Part shown: one piece after another, positions 16,007 to 25,528 of the stretch
Layout: every line of letters begins with the position of its first letter
Numbering within the stretch: position 1 is the first letter of the stretch
Source of the DNA: a virus
Lineage: Duplodnaviria > Caudoviricetes
DNA length: 27,793 nucleotides
Strand: one strand, 5' to 3'
Virus record (IMG/VR): IMGVR_UViG_3300020044_004952
Span: 1-27,793 of that record
The notes under the pieces: model-generated
The model's database searches: none
The model's input: the letters and a program-made list of their open reading frames with translations, nothing else
What the model was told of the DNA's origin: nothing
Translations under genes and position numbers: made by a program

Positions 16007-16399
16007 TTACATTAGCGGGTAATGCTTGATGGTCATCGACATCGTCGGCGTTTCGTCCACGTTGTTGAGCGTGTCTTCCACGTCCTCAAAGATGAGCTTG
16101 CCAAGGCTAGGAGCAAAACCGCGAATGGTCGTGGCGTAGTTAGCCAAGGCTAAGACCGTGGTGCCTGGATGCTGAGCCGCAAAGGTCACGCGAGTTGCGC
16201 CGCTGATACGACCTTGCGCCGTGATTTCAACCATCGGATCAACGCCACGATGGAAGATAGTGGCTTTGTTAGCGCCACGCTTAGTCTCATACGTCCGACG
16301 AAATGCCATCGTGAACGTGTTCAACAAGATTCCAGCTTCTCCATCCTCGTCGAGGTCGTAGCTGGGAAGAGTTCCGGTTTCGATTACTGCGGTAGCCAT
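16007..16399 (-). CDS. Putative major tail tube protein, 130 aa
   Basis: Position after the tail terminator, size and beta-rich composition. Confidence 0.6.
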   Translation of the reverse strand: MATAVIETGTLPSYDLDEDGEAGILLNTFTMAFRRTYETKRGANKATIFHRGVDPMVEITAQGRISGATRVTFAAQHPGTTVLALANYATTIRGFAPSLGKLIFEDVEDTLNNVDETPTMSMTIKHYPLM

Positions 16400-16422
16400 A
16401 CACTACCGCAGAAATGTCAAAG

Positions 16423-16860
16423 TTAGTCGATTTCGACCGCCACTTTAATTGTCTGCCGTGTGTCTCTGGTGTGAGCGTCTTCGTCCGTCTCAACGTCAAA
16501 CTCACCGAGCCACCTTTTACGAACGGCCCAGCCCGTGCGGAAGGTCGTGGATTTAGTCGCCGCCCATGCTGACCATGCCGACTCATCACGCAGGAAGTCA
16601 GCCGCCGCTTTGCTCCATGTCGCTGCTTGCGCGTCGGTGGTATCGTTAGCGTTGGTCAGCGTGTGCAAGGTGATGTCAGCGTTGACGAAGTAGTTGCCCG
16701 CACGTTCGCCGCTTACCTCCACGACGATGCAAGGCCGAGTTCTGGCCGTTGTCGAGCGTGACGCGACCTTCAGCACCGTTGACGGGATAGTGCTTGCTGA
16801 GATGGTGGATAGGTAGGTCGTAAAAACTTCCTCCAGCTTGATTGTCCAGTGGTCGGCCAT
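16423..16860 (-). CDS. Putative tail terminator
   Basis: 145 aa, TRPCIVVEV motif, synteny. Confidence 0.6.
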   Translation of the reverse strand: MADHWTIKLEEVFTTYLSTISASTIPSTVLKVASRSTTARTRPCIVVEVSGERAGNYFVNADITLHTLTNANDTTDAQAATWSKAAADFLRDESAWSAWAATKSTTFRTGWAVRKRWLGEFDVETDEDAHTRDTRQTIKVAVEID

Positions 16861-16861
16861 G

Positions 16862-17689
16862 TTATTTTCTGCGTTTTGCTGCTGCCGCTGCTAATGCGGC
16901 TTTGCGTTTTTCGATTGCTCGTTTGAATGCGGGTAAAAACTCAACTGCCACCCGTTTCTTTTGGCTTGGTGGAAAAGCTACGTCTGCCCATGGAACCGTG
17001 TTGGTTAGCTTGATGGCCATTTCTGTAACTGACTGAATCAGTTCAAACTTGCCTGTCGATTTGCGATGAGCCCCAGTATTAAACCACTTGCGGAATCCTT
17101 CGCGCTCTGACACGCTGCCGCCGATAGACTTAGCCGCCGCCGCCCACCCTGCTTTTGCAGCGCCAATGGTCTTCTGCTTTTTGGCGACGTAATTGTCTAG
17201 ATTGCTTTTCCCAATGATAATGTGAGTCGGCTTGTGGTTTTTAGGCACCGCTCGTTTAGGGGTGGTTCGCGCTTGCTTGTGAATCTTCGGCCTTACCGCT
17301 CCATGGGTAATGCTCATTCTGGCTTGGATTTCGTCCAAATATTTATCCAAAACCCACTTCGTAAACTCGGGCGATTCTCCCGCTCGCTTGGATTTGATAG
17401 CTGCCCAAAATCCAGCCGCTAGCCCTTTATCCAGCCTTTCCAAATCTTGCCAAATTGAGCCAAGCTTATCAATAGGTCGTTGCGTGCGCTCAACGTCTAT
17501 TTTCACACGGCCCATCATTTCCTTGGGCGGGCTTTCATACGCGCCATAGGGCAACGTATTCCTAGCCGCCACCGCCGCAAAGATCCGCGCCGCCGTCCTC
17601 GTCTCCGTTCCAGCCGCGACAAGGACGCGCTTCGGCATCCCGCTGAAGAGTTGCCGCAATCCATTGGTATCGACCTTGGCTTTAATCAT
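16862..17689 (-). CDS. Putative neck/tail-completion protein (HK97 gp10-like)
   Basis: Basic protein with IGAAKAGW and LTNTVPW; the ATG at 17689 overlaps the upstream stop. Confidence 0.6.
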   Translation of the reverse strand: MIKAKVDTNGLRQLFSGMPKRVLVAAGTETRTAARIFAAVAARNTLPYGAYESPPKEMMGRVKIDVERTQRPIDKLGSIWQDLERLDKGLAAGFWAAIKSKRAGESPEFTKWVLDKYLDEIQARMSITHGAVRPKIHKQARTTPKRAVPKNHKPTHIIIGKSNLDNYVAKKQKTIGAAKAGWAAAAKSIGGSVSEREGFRKWFNTGAHRKSTGKFELIQSVTEMAIKLTNTVPWADVAFPPSQKKRVAVEFLPAFKRAIEKRKAALAAAAAKRRK

Positions 17690-18006
17690 CGGTTTTGAGC
17701 CTGCAAAGTTAAGACCCATTCCTGCATCCTGTGGTCGTTGTTCACGCCCATCACGCGGTAGATGGTCGAGTTAGCGGTCAGCGTCGAGCCGATAGCCGGT
17801 GCCGTTTCAAACTCGCATTTCCGAAGCATTAGCTCTGCTTCGATGCCCTGGATGAATCCGCCGCTGGCTAGTTCGTCTTGTCTGTCGATGTCGCTCAACA
17901 CGCCCGTGCCTTTGAGCGTGCCAACGGTCACGGATACCTTGCCGCCGCCGCAATACTTTTGATTGAGTCGGGCTTTGTTAAATAGAGCTTCAGCGCGTGC
18001 GGTCAC
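17686..18006 (-). CDS. Head-closure protein (lambda gpFII-like)
   Basis: 106 aa with ELASGGF, PAIGSTLT...YRV; synteny. Confidence 0.7.
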   Translation of the reverse strand: MTARAEALFNKARLNQKYCGGGKVSVTVGTLKGTGVLSDIDRQDELASGGFIQGIEAELMLRKCEFETAPAIGSTLTANSTIYRVMGVNNDHRMQEWVLTLQAQNR

Positions 18007-18021
18007 ATAAATGAGGTGCTG

Positions 18022-18573
18022 TCAACCTTCCGGTGCCGCCGTCTCTCTTGCATCATGCCGATAGCAATGCAGCACCTTATCAATGTGGCAACTCGTCTTA
18101 GCTCTCAGCCTTGCCTGCTCGCTCCAGACTCTATCTTCGCCGTAGCTTGAGTCAGGAAAGATGCAGTCTTGCACAAGCTCACGCTTCCACGCGCATACGT
18201 GCCAGGGTGCGCGGTGCGTGATGCCGCCGGGATTGAATGGCCCGTCCTGTGCGTTGAGATCGAATACCACGGTGGACTCAAGCCCGTTGTAAATCGCCCG
18301 CTGCTTGAACGTAATCACGTCTGGATTGCGTTTGATGGCCTCCAGAATCAGCGGGATTGTCTCTGGGAAGATTTCGTCGTCATCGTCGCAAAACATGACG
18401 TAATCACCGATTGCGGAGTCCAGGCAGGCTTGACGCTTGAGCCCGACAGAGCGCGTCATGTTATCAAGAATGACGATGTGTTCAGCGCCGTCAAATTGCG
18501 CTACTAAGTCAGCAATCGCTTTTGCCTTGTCGATGCGTCGCCAGATAGCGGGAGTTAGGATGGAGAGTTTCAT
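18022..18573 (-). CDS. GT2-family glycosyltransferase
   Basis: KLSILTP, VGLKRQ, GDYVMFCDDDD, YGED motifs. Confidence 0.88.
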   Translation of the reverse strand: MKLSILTPAIWRRIDKAKAIADLVAQFDGAEHIVILDNMTRSVGLKRQACLDSAIGDYVMFCDDDDEIFPETIPLILEAIKRNPDVITFKQRAIYNGLESTVVFDLNAQDGPFNPGGITHRAPWHVCAWKRELVQDCIFPDSSYGEDRVWSEQARLRAKTSCHIDKVLHCYRHDARETAAPEG

Positions 18574-20846
18574 GGTTGTTGTTCAGGTTGAATCATCACC
18601 CAGCACCTGCCGACGGTGACGTATTTAATCCCAGCATCATCCAGCGCTCTTTGCACGTCCAGCGAGTCGATGTCATGCCCTGCAAAAATGCCGCCGTCTT
18701 TGACCTTGGGAAGCCATGCCTTGAGGTCTGCCGATACGCTGTCGTAGTCGTGCGCGGCGTCGATGAATACGCCTGCTAGGGATGCATTAGCAAACCTTTT
18801 GGCTGCACTTTTTGAGTAAGTTCTGCAAATCTCAATCTCGTAGCATTTCGCATTATCCCGATTGCGTCTGAACACGTCTGAAACGTCTTCTTCTCCAGTG
18901 TCATCGTCCCCCCAGAATGTATCAACAACGTGAAGATTAACCATCTTGCCTTGGTCCTGCAAGCGCTGGGCAAGGTGGATAATGCTTTGTCCTTTCCATG
19001 CGCCAACCTCGACAAACGTATCACAGCCCTTAAGTTTGCCAGCAATCGCCGTGTAAAGGTCGCGAAAGTCACACCATCCCTCAACGTCCCATGACGTAAT
19101 CGCCCCTCCTTTCAACCGCTGCAAATGGCGTCCGCCAGCCTTGTAGTGAGCCGAGTCATTTGACCGCGCATAAGTCGCGTCCATCTCAGCCTTGCCGAAT
19201 GCTGGGTGCAAATGCTCAAAGACCACGTCACACGCATCAATCACCACGCCGTCGCGTCTAGCGCATTCGCTGAACCAGTCGTCCGAATACATGGAGAAAA
19301 AGTCAGGATGGAAAAGGTAACCCTGCTCAATGTATCGGGCGCGGGTGAGAATCGCCATGCACAGCAGGTCATCGGTTCGATGCCCGTCTGAGACTTGCAA
19401 TACCGCTGGTTTTGATATGTCTCCAATACGGTCCAGAATGATTTGGTCCCATCCCATCGGCGGCTCCCAATCGTCCGAGAGTTGGATTAGAACATGGCCG
19501 TTGCAGACTTGCGCTGCTTCGTTCCAAGCACGCACAGGACCGCCACCGGGAGTGACCACGACGTTGCGCCAAAGCGTCAGGTATTGCAGGCTTTCGGCGT
19601 CGTCGGCGTCGAGCGCGAAGATGTGTTCGATAGCATCTTGATTCGCGGCTTTTTCCATCCACTTACGGCGAGCGGCGGCGGCTTGCTGGAATCGTCCACG
19701 GGTTGCATGGAGCAGGCTGATTTTTGCGCCGTGGCGTTTGAAATGATTAAGCTCAACGGCATCTGCGCCGGCAAAGTCTAGGTTAGCCCGTAGCGCCATC
19801 GCGTGAGCTTCTACGCCTTCACGCCCCCAAAGCGTTCTGCGTGCGTTCCATGGCCATTCTCGCGGCTTTGGCTGAGCGTTCAGGCATCGCGCCCATGCAA
19901 TCATCTCTTCGGGCTTCTGGCGTGCGAATGCGCCCTTGCAGAGTTCAGCGTAAGCCTCCCGGCGTGAAGGGTCAGTCGCCACCGCTTGCAGGTAAAGCTG
20001 GGACCGCATCGGCTCATCAGTGGACTTGGCGAGGAAGCAGTAAATTTGATACTTCTCAACGGCGCTGATTTCAGGATCTTGAATCAACAATGCCGCTTCG
20101 TTTTTCGCTTCGTGATGCCGTCCAACGAGGTCAAGCGTCTGCATGTAGTGGAACCGGTGAGAGTTGGTCCGTTCCGCTTCCGGTATCGACTCCAGAATCC
20201 GCATATTGCGCTCGTTGTTTGGAGCGCGGTGAGAGATGGGCGCGTGGACAATCTTCACGCTGTTCAAGGTGCCAATGGTCGCATCCTCAACGAGCGGCAT
20301 CAGGCACTCATGGATGGGTGATTGCCACTTCCAAGCATCGCGCCTGACGATGCGCTCCCGCATGATGGTGATTTGATCGTCAGGCACCTCGTAGGGCATT
20401 TGGATGCCGACTGTTTGGTCGTCCAAGCCATCGAGAGCGCGGCGGATAATCGGGATAGCCTTGGGGTCTAGGATGTCGTCGGTGTCTGCCCACATCACCC
20501 AATCATGGGAGGCAAGGTTGAAGGCCATTTGTCGAGCAGCGGCGAAGTCGTCAACGTGCGGCCATGATACACTTTCGCCAATCATACCACCGCCAACGCA
20601 GCCGGGGCGCCCTTGAATCTCCACGTATTTTCCATTATGGTATGCATCCAGCTTGTAAGGCTTTTCGCTTCCCGTTAAAAACCTGAGGGCGATAGTTCGG
20701 CTTGCGTCACAATGTTGATTCCCGATGGCTTGAACCATGACAATCTCATCAACCAGCGGCGCAAAGGAGCGAAGAAACCGATCCATGATGTTTTCGACGT
20801 TGCCGTAGATAACGGCTAAAGTTAGCTTTCGCTTGTAATCGTTCAT
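18570..20846 (-). CDS. Multidomain protein: GT2 - TPR-like - second GT-A - class I SAM methyltransferase
   Basis: DFAAARQ...WVMWADTDD...IHE; helical DPSRREAY region; ISLLHATRGR...QLSDDW...YSDD; FVEVGAWKGQS...FIDAAHDY...GGIFAGHD. Start is 20846 (ATGA overlap) or 20855. Confidence 0.85.
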   Translation of the reverse strand: MNDYKRKLTLAVIYGNVENIMDRFLRSFAPLVDEIVMVQAIGNQHCDASRTIALRFLTGSEKPYKLDAYHNGKYVEIQGRPGCVGGGMIGESVSWPHVDDFAAARQMAFNLASHDWVMWADTDDILDPKAIPIIRRALDGLDDQTVGIQMPYEVPDDQITIMRERIVRRDAWKWQSPIHECLMPLVEDATIGTLNSVKIVHAPISHRAPNNERNMRILESIPEAERTNSHRFHYMQTLDLVGRHHEAKNEAALLIQDPEISAVEKYQIYCFLAKSTDEPMRSQLYLQAVATDPSRREAYAELCKGAFARQKPEEMIAWARCLNAQPKPREWPWNARRTLWGREGVEAHAMALRANLDFAGADAVELNHFKRHGAKISLLHATRGRFQQAAAARRKWMEKAANQDAIEHIFALDADDAESLQYLTLWRNVVVTPGGGPVRAWNEAAQVCNGHVLIQLSDDWEPPMGWDQIILDRIGDISKPAVLQVSDGHRTDDLLCMAILTRARYIEQGYLFHPDFFSMYSDDWFSECARRDGVVIDACDVVFEHLHPAFGKAEMDATYARSNDSAHYKAGGRHLQRLKGGAITSWDVEGWCDFRDLYTAIAGKLKGCDTFVEVGAWKGQSIIHLAQRLQDQGKMVNLHVVDTFWGDDDTGEEDVSDVFRRNRDNAKCYEIEICRTYSKSAAKRFANASLAGVFIDAAHDYDSVSADLKAWLPKVKDGGIFAGHDIDSLDVQRALDDAGIKYVTVGRCWVMIQPEQQP

Positions 20847-21169
20847 GGCTTCCAAAGGTTGAGGGTTTTAAGGAACGCCTCTGCGCGTTGGCGTGCGGTG
20901 GCGTGTCCGTAATCAAAGGGTGAACATCCTCTGCCTCCTTTTGCGTTGTGAGAGTGCATTATCTGCGTTGAAAAATGAATGCGCTGAACATCATTCAACA
21001 CCTTTTCCGCCTCATGCATGGCGTTCAGGTCGTTGAGATAGTCAGGCAGTGTGTGACGCGGCTGAACGCTATTAGGCGAGTTCGGCGGAATCACAATAGA
21101 ATCATTTTTTGGATGGACTTTCCACCCACAAGCCTCCGCAATGGCAATTTGCATTTCTGAATCGTTCAT
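20843..21169 (-). CDS. Phage hypothetical protein (NinX/ABA-sandwich-like)
   Basis: IAEACGW...PDYLNDLNAMHEAEK...ATARQRAEAF pattern. The track's start at 21208 falls in the terminator. Confidence 0.65.
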   Translation of the reverse strand: MNDSEMQIAIAEACGWKVHPKNDSIVIPPNSPNSVQPRHTLPDYLNDLNAMHEAEKVLNDVQRIHFSTQIMHSHNAKGGRGCSPFDYGHATARQRAEAFLKTLNLWKP

Positions 21170-21206
21170 TAAAGACTTGTTAGCACCTCCACCCAAAACA
21201 CGCAAC

Positions 21207-21239
21207 AAAAAAGCGCGGCCCCCTTTCGAGAGCCGCGCT
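21207..21239 (-). terminator. Rho-independent terminator after the major capsid gene
   Basis: Minus strand AGCGCGGC-TCTC-GAAA-GGGG-GCCGCGCT followed by a T-run. Confidence 0.85.
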
Positions 21240-21254
21240 GATTCCGTGTTAGGG

Positions 21255-22154
21255 TTAAGGCACAGTGAACACTTTCAGCGCGTTGGTCACTGCGGTGGTG
21301 TAGCCGTAGAGGCAGTGCAAGTTCATAAACCACTTGCCTTGAGCACGGGACCAATGGCGGGTGTAGAGGGCACTGATACCGCTTTCGGCATCCACGAACT
21401 GTTCCACTGCGTCGTATTCCTCGTTAGGCAGGTAGTCGCCCAAGTTGCGCATTGCGATTGCGATAGCATCGCGACCGCAAGCAAAACCGGCGAGGGAAAC
21501 GCCGTTTAGAGGAAGGACATCGCTGGAGTAGATGTCCATGCCCAGCAAGCGACCCAGGTTGCCTTCCCTGATTGCCAAGTTGTCGCCACGGTTGAGCGCC
21601 AAGGTGATCTTGTCGTCACCCAGCAAGGCGGCTTCGATGTCCATGTTGCCGATGAAGGCCTTCTCTCCACGGACGCCAGCGGAGATCAGCGCTTTGCGAG
21701 CGGCGATCAGCTGATTACGACCGTAGTTAGTCGCGGCGGTGGTGATGATTGCGGCACCGAAGTTGGTGGTCGTGATGACGCTCCAGATGTCGGTAAGCAC
21801 GGATTGCGCCATGCTGGAACCAAGCTGAATCGCCCACTGGTCAAAACGAGCGGCATTGCTGGATTCGGCGAGCTGTTGCAAGGTAAGATCCATTGGAGTG
21901 ATCTTCCGCTTGTCCAGGTTTACCGTGATTGCAGTGAAGCCGCCGCCAGTTTGCTCATACGGGTTTCCGCTGTTAGCAGCTTGGCTGAACGTGGTCGTGG
22001 TTGCAGTGCCGAAGAGAGGCACGATGACGGCGTCGCCTTGGCCCCGCACCTCGGAGGAGATGTCAGAAGAGAAAGCGTTGAGCGGGGTCAGAAGTTCGGT
22101 CAGTTGCTGAAAAGCGCGTTGACCGAAGAGCTTGTCGTTGAAGAGAGTAGCCAT
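21255..22154 (-). CDS. Major capsid protein (HK97 fold)
   Basis: 299 aa, GDAVIVP, GNLGRLLGMDIY, C-terminal CLYG; follows the prohead protease and precedes a terminator. Confidence 0.85.
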   Translation of the reverse strand: MATLFNDKLFGQRAFQQLTELLTPLNAFSSDISSEVRGQGDAVIVPLFGTATTTTFSQAANSGNPYEQTGGGFTAITVNLDKRKITPMDLTLQQLAESSNAARFDQWAIQLGSSMAQSVLTDIWSVITTTNFGAAIITTAATNYGRNQLIAARKALISAGVRGEKAFIGNMDIEAALLGDDKITLALNRGDNLAIREGNLGRLLGMDIYSSDVLPLNGVSLAGFACGRDAIAIAMRNLGDYLPNEEYDAVEQFVDAESGISALYTRHWSRAQGKWFMNLHCLYGYTTAVTNALKVFTVP

Positions 22155-22172
22155 GAGATTTGAAGGAGGGTG

Positions 22173-23327
22173 TTAGGATTGGGATTTGAATTGAGCGGTC
22201 CGAAGGGCCTTTTGATTTTCCCGGTAAAACTTAGTGCGTTCTGCCGGATCGGTGATTGCATTGTATTGCTCGAGGATGTCGCCTTTGTCGCCGTCAGCTT
22301 GCGGCAGTTGCTCCTCTGTGGTCGGAGTAAAACCGACAGAGGCCACGATAGCCGCAGCTTTTTGCTCTGCTGTTTGCGCCTCTGCTTCGCGTTTAGCAAG
22401 GGCAGCTTCCACAGCGTCGAACTGGTCAGCCTTAGCCTTAGCTTCTGCCAGAGATGCTTTCAGCGAATCAATCGTCTTCAAAGCGACTTGGATTTGATCG
22501 TCTTTGTTAGCGAGTTCAGCTTTCAGCGTCTCGTCCGTTTCACCACCGAAAAGGGCGGCAAAGCGGGAGAGCAGTGACTTAGCTTGTGGTTCGACTTCCG
22601 TCTCAGTAACCACGGGAGTTTCCTCAACCGCAGTTTCAACCTCCGCTTCAACGGGAGCTTGTGACTCAACCGGCGCAGGTGTTGGTGTTTCCTCAACAGG
22701 AGCGACCTGTTCAGGCGATTCGGAATTGGCGTGGATGGCGTTAGGTGTCATCCTAAATTTGCGGGTGTCAAATGCACGCGCCGAAAGCGCTACTCCGTTA
22801 AGCAGTGTATCGGCAAAACCGCGTTCGACTGCTTCTTTGCCGTCCATCCAAGTTTCGGCGCTCATCATTTCGCGGATCTCGTCCTCGTCGTTGCCCGTGC
22901 GGGATGCGTAAGCGTTGACGAGCCCGTTGCCGAGCTTGTCGAGGAGTTCCGCTGTATCGCGCAGTTCTTCAGCGTCACCAATTGCCACGCCCCAAGGATT
23001 GTGAATCATCACGTAAGCGTTCTCTGGGATTTCGATTTCATCCGCCGCCATAAGGATGACGGAGGCCATGGAAGCGGCCAGCCCTTCAACCCGTGCCGTA
23101 ACCTTAGCCTTGTTATTCTTGAGCGCGTTGTAAATCGCCCAGCCGTCTAGCACATCACCGCCGGGAGAGTGGATGGACAAGTTGATTTCATCTAGCTCGC
23201 CCATCGACTTGAGGTCACGCATGAATGCAGACGCGGAGACTCCCCACAATCCGATTTCGTCATGAATGCTAACGTCTGCCGCTTTGGGCTTATTCTCCTT
23301 GGCTTGAATCCGATACCATGTTTTCAT
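22173..23327 (-). CDS. ClpP-type (S14) prohead protease with C-terminal scaffold
   Basis: IHSPGGDV, GLAASMASVI, MIHNPWG, ETWMDGKEAVERGFAD, then an acidic P/E-rich linker and a coiled coil. Confidence 0.92.
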   Translation of the reverse strand: MKTWYRIQAKENKPKAADVSIHDEIGLWGVSASAFMRDLKSMGELDEINLSIHSPGGDVLDGWAIYNALKNNKAKVTARVEGLAASMASVILMAADEIEIPENAYVMIHNPWGVAIGDAEELRDTAELLDKLGNGLVNAYASRTGNDEDEIREMMSAETWMDGKEAVERGFADTLLNGVALSARAFDTRKFRMTPNAIHANSESPEQVAPVEETPTPAPVESQAPVEAEVETAVEETPVVTETEVEPQAKSLLSRFAALFGGETDETLKAELANKDDQIQVALKTIDSLKASLAEAKAKADQFDAVEAALAKREAEAQTAEQKAAAIVASVGFTPTTEEQLPQADGDKGDILEQYNAITDPAERTKFYRENQKALRTAQFKSQS

Positions 23328-24747
23328 TTGCGTCCTCCTGTATGTCTAGTTGCCGTTGTTTGAATCCGTTTAATGCGCCTTCATCGAGTCCCATTTCCTG
23401 CTCGATTTCCCGCCGGCGAAGCATTTCACGCGCTTTTTGCATCTCCACGCTTTCCCAATCGCGGCCACGTTTGGCGGCGATGTCGTTGAGCGTCAAAAAT
23501 CCAGCTTCGTATTGAGCCAGTTCAAGATTGCCTTCGCGACCTCGGTCAATCGTTAGGTCAGCCTGCGGAATCCACTCAGCCCACCACCAGTTAGCGGGAG
23601 GCGCCGGCAGTTCGCCGTTTTTGACGGCCTTGGCGATGAAGTAAGTCCAGAAGCGCTGGCAAGCTGTCTTTAGTCGCGCTTGCTCATGCTCAATCCACCG
23701 TTGGGTTTCGGCCATTAGATAGCGCTGAGACGGTCCTGTTTGTTTAGCCAAGTCCCATAGCACCTCAGGCGACAATCCCACGCCCCACGCGATATCACGC
23801 ACAAGCCATTCAAGCAGGACCATCTGATTCGGATGTGGTCTGCCGTCATGGATAACGGATAGCTGTTCGTTTTCCAAAAGTTGAGCAACCATGCCACCTT
23901 CGCGCATCTGCTCTACGTTGATTGTGCTGCCGCCTGTAGTGCGGGAGGTAACAGCCGACGCAAAGCCCTGCGGCCCGTTGTTGCCCTTCATGGTCCGAAC
24001 AAGCCCGACCTGATTGGCCATCTTGATGCCGTGCTTAACGTCTGCGGTGATTTCCGCTTGGTCTTGGATGTTATTCAAGGCGTGAGCGAGTGCGGAAATT
24101 CCACGCACTTGTCCAGGCCGTTCAAAATCGGCATAGAAGATTGAATCAGACGCTTTAACGCGCGTCGATTTGGTCGTGTCGTCGAGGTCAACGAGGTTGT
24201 AACCAAGGTGTCGCCCGAACTTGTCGACATAGACGCCGTCAACCGTGCTGCGTTCTTGGCTGTTTGCAATCTGGTGGGACTCATAAAATATGATATTAGC
24301 TGTTCCTGCCTGCGTTTCACTCAACACTGAAAGGCAGTCTCCGTCTTTAATGCGAAGGCGAGTAAGCGCAATCTGCCACTGGAAAAAGTCAAGCTTGGCG
24401 GCGCGGTCGAACACGAAAGCGGTCCCGGCGCGCTCGTAAAACAACTCTTCCGCCATCCGATTAAACTCGCGGTCTGGAGTGTCGGCTTGTGGCTTGAGAT
24501 AGCCGACAAGGTTAGCTACGCCGTTCACGATGCGACGAGCCAAGCCGACATCCGCATACATTTTCCGCGCCTTGCGAAGAATCGTGATGCGGTCGCCGCC
24601 CGTTAGCTCTTTCCTAGTGTCGAGCGTGCCCCAGTTAAGATAAGCGCGGCGAGGCGACCACTGAGCGGCGTCGAAAGTTCCCAACGCTTGCACGTTTGGC
24701 GCAGCCGTTCCGCTTGGTTTGCGATTGCCTCGGCGGTTTCTGCTCAT
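23290..24747 (-). CDS. Portal protein (lambda-like)
   Basis: 485 aa with RIKDGD, ERPGQVRGIS and IAWGVGLSPE; lies between the adaptor and the protease. Confidence 0.9.
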   Translation of the reverse strand: MSRNRRGNRKPSGTAAPNVQALGTFDAAQWSPRRAYLNWGTLDTRKELTGGDRITILRKARKMYADVGLARRIVNGVANLVGYLKPQADTPDREFNRMAEELFYERAGTAFVFDRAAKLDFFQWQIALTRLRIKDGDCLSVLSETQAGTANIIFYESHQIANSQERSTVDGVYVDKFGRHLGYNLVDLDDTTKSTRVKASDSIFYADFERPGQVRGISALAHALNNIQDQAEITADVKHGIKMANQVGLVRTMKGNNGPQGFASAVTSRTTGGSTINVEQMREGGMVAQLLENEQLSVIHDGRPHPNQMVLLEWLVRDIAWGVGLSPEVLWDLAKQTGPSQRYLMAETQRWIEHEQARLKTACQRFWTYFIAKAVKNGELPAPPANWWWAEWIPQADLTIDRGREGNLELAQYEAGFLTLNDIAAKRGRDWESVEMQKAREMLRRREIEQEMGLDEGALNGFKQRQLDIQEDANENMVSDSSQGE

Positions 24748-25037
24748 GTTCCGAAAATCCTGGTTGAAAAGTCTTGGCTAAACCAGCGGTCGTTAAAATC
24801 CGTGGTGCCGTTGAGTTCGTTGATGGCCTCCTCAATGCGCCTGAGCCACGTTGCCCGCTCATCTGGGCTGATGCTGATGCCCGTAGCGCTACCGGCGCGG
24901 GAAGACTGGCTAGTGATCTGGACCACGTCCTGGATGCGCCCCGCTTCAGCTTGCAATATCGCCAGTTCCGCCGCTTCGAGTTCGGCGGTGGTGTAGTATT
25001 TGACGAGTTTTCTGACCCAGATGTCGGCGCTTGCCAT
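24744..25037 (-). CDS. gpW-like head completion protein
   Basis: About 97 aa helix-hairpin-helix protein between terminase and portal; start 25037 or 25043. Confidence 0.65.
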   Translation of the reverse strand: MASADIWVRKLVKYYTTAELEAAELAILQAEAGRIQDVVQITSQSSRAGSATGISISPDERATWLRRIEEAINELNGTTDFNDRWFSQDFSTRIFGT

Positions 25038-25086
25038 CGACATTGGGAGGGAGTCAAAAATAATTCATTTCAAGTGCGTTTTATTG

Positions 25087-25114
25087 TTGACGTATGAAAT
25101 TGGAGAGGTATTAT
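25087..25114 (+). promoter_or_regulatory. Sigma70-like promoter, probably producing a leaderless mRNA
   Basis: TTGACG-16 nt-TATTAT, ending 6 nt before the ATG at 25121. Confidence 0.6.
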
Positions 25115-25120
25115 CACCAC

Positions 25121-25351
25121 ATGAGCAACGTAAACATCATCCCAAGCGACCACTCCCACCTTCAAGCGTTAACCGCCATTTTCTCAAAGGAGGCTGACAG
25201 AGTAACGGACAGATGGAAAGTATCAGACGCCATCAAGCGCTCCGACAGAAAGGATCTTGAGCGCAGGATTAAAGCGCTTGTGAATATCTCGCGCGAGCTG
25301 GAGAAGCTTCGGGCTTCGCTATACGCAACGGAAAAATCGCCGCTCATTTAA
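25121..25351 (+). CDS. Hypothetical protein (MSNVNIIPSD..., 76 aa), antisense to the late operon
   Basis: Fills the terL-gpW gap behind its own promoter. Confidence 0.6.
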   Translation: MSNVNIIPSDHSHLQALTAIFSKEADRVTDRWKVSDAIKRSDRKDLERRIKALVNISRELEKLRASLYATEKSPLI

Positions 25352-25354
25352 CCC

Positions 25355-25528
25355 ATGAAAAACAAAGCGAATCAACTCACCAAAGCCGGAGAGCCCCGCA
25401 AGCGGGCTCCCGGCGCTGGCCGTCCTGCGCTGGGCAAAGTAAAGCTCACAGTCCACATTCTGCCGTCGACTCGGGCCGCTCTGGGAAACAAACCCGGCGC
25501 AGTCCTAGACGCGCATTTTGGCGGCTAG
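25355..25528 (+). CDS. Small basic putative DNA-binding protein, 57 aa
   Basis: Hand-translated MKNKANQLTKAGEPRKRAPGAGRPALGKVKLTVHILPSTRAALGNKPGAVLDAHFGG; GAGRP followed by a strand-helix. Shares a CTAG stop overlap with terL. Confidence 0.6.
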   Translation: MKNKANQLTKAGEPRKRAPGAGRPALGKVKLTVHILPSTRAALGNKPGAVLDAHFGG

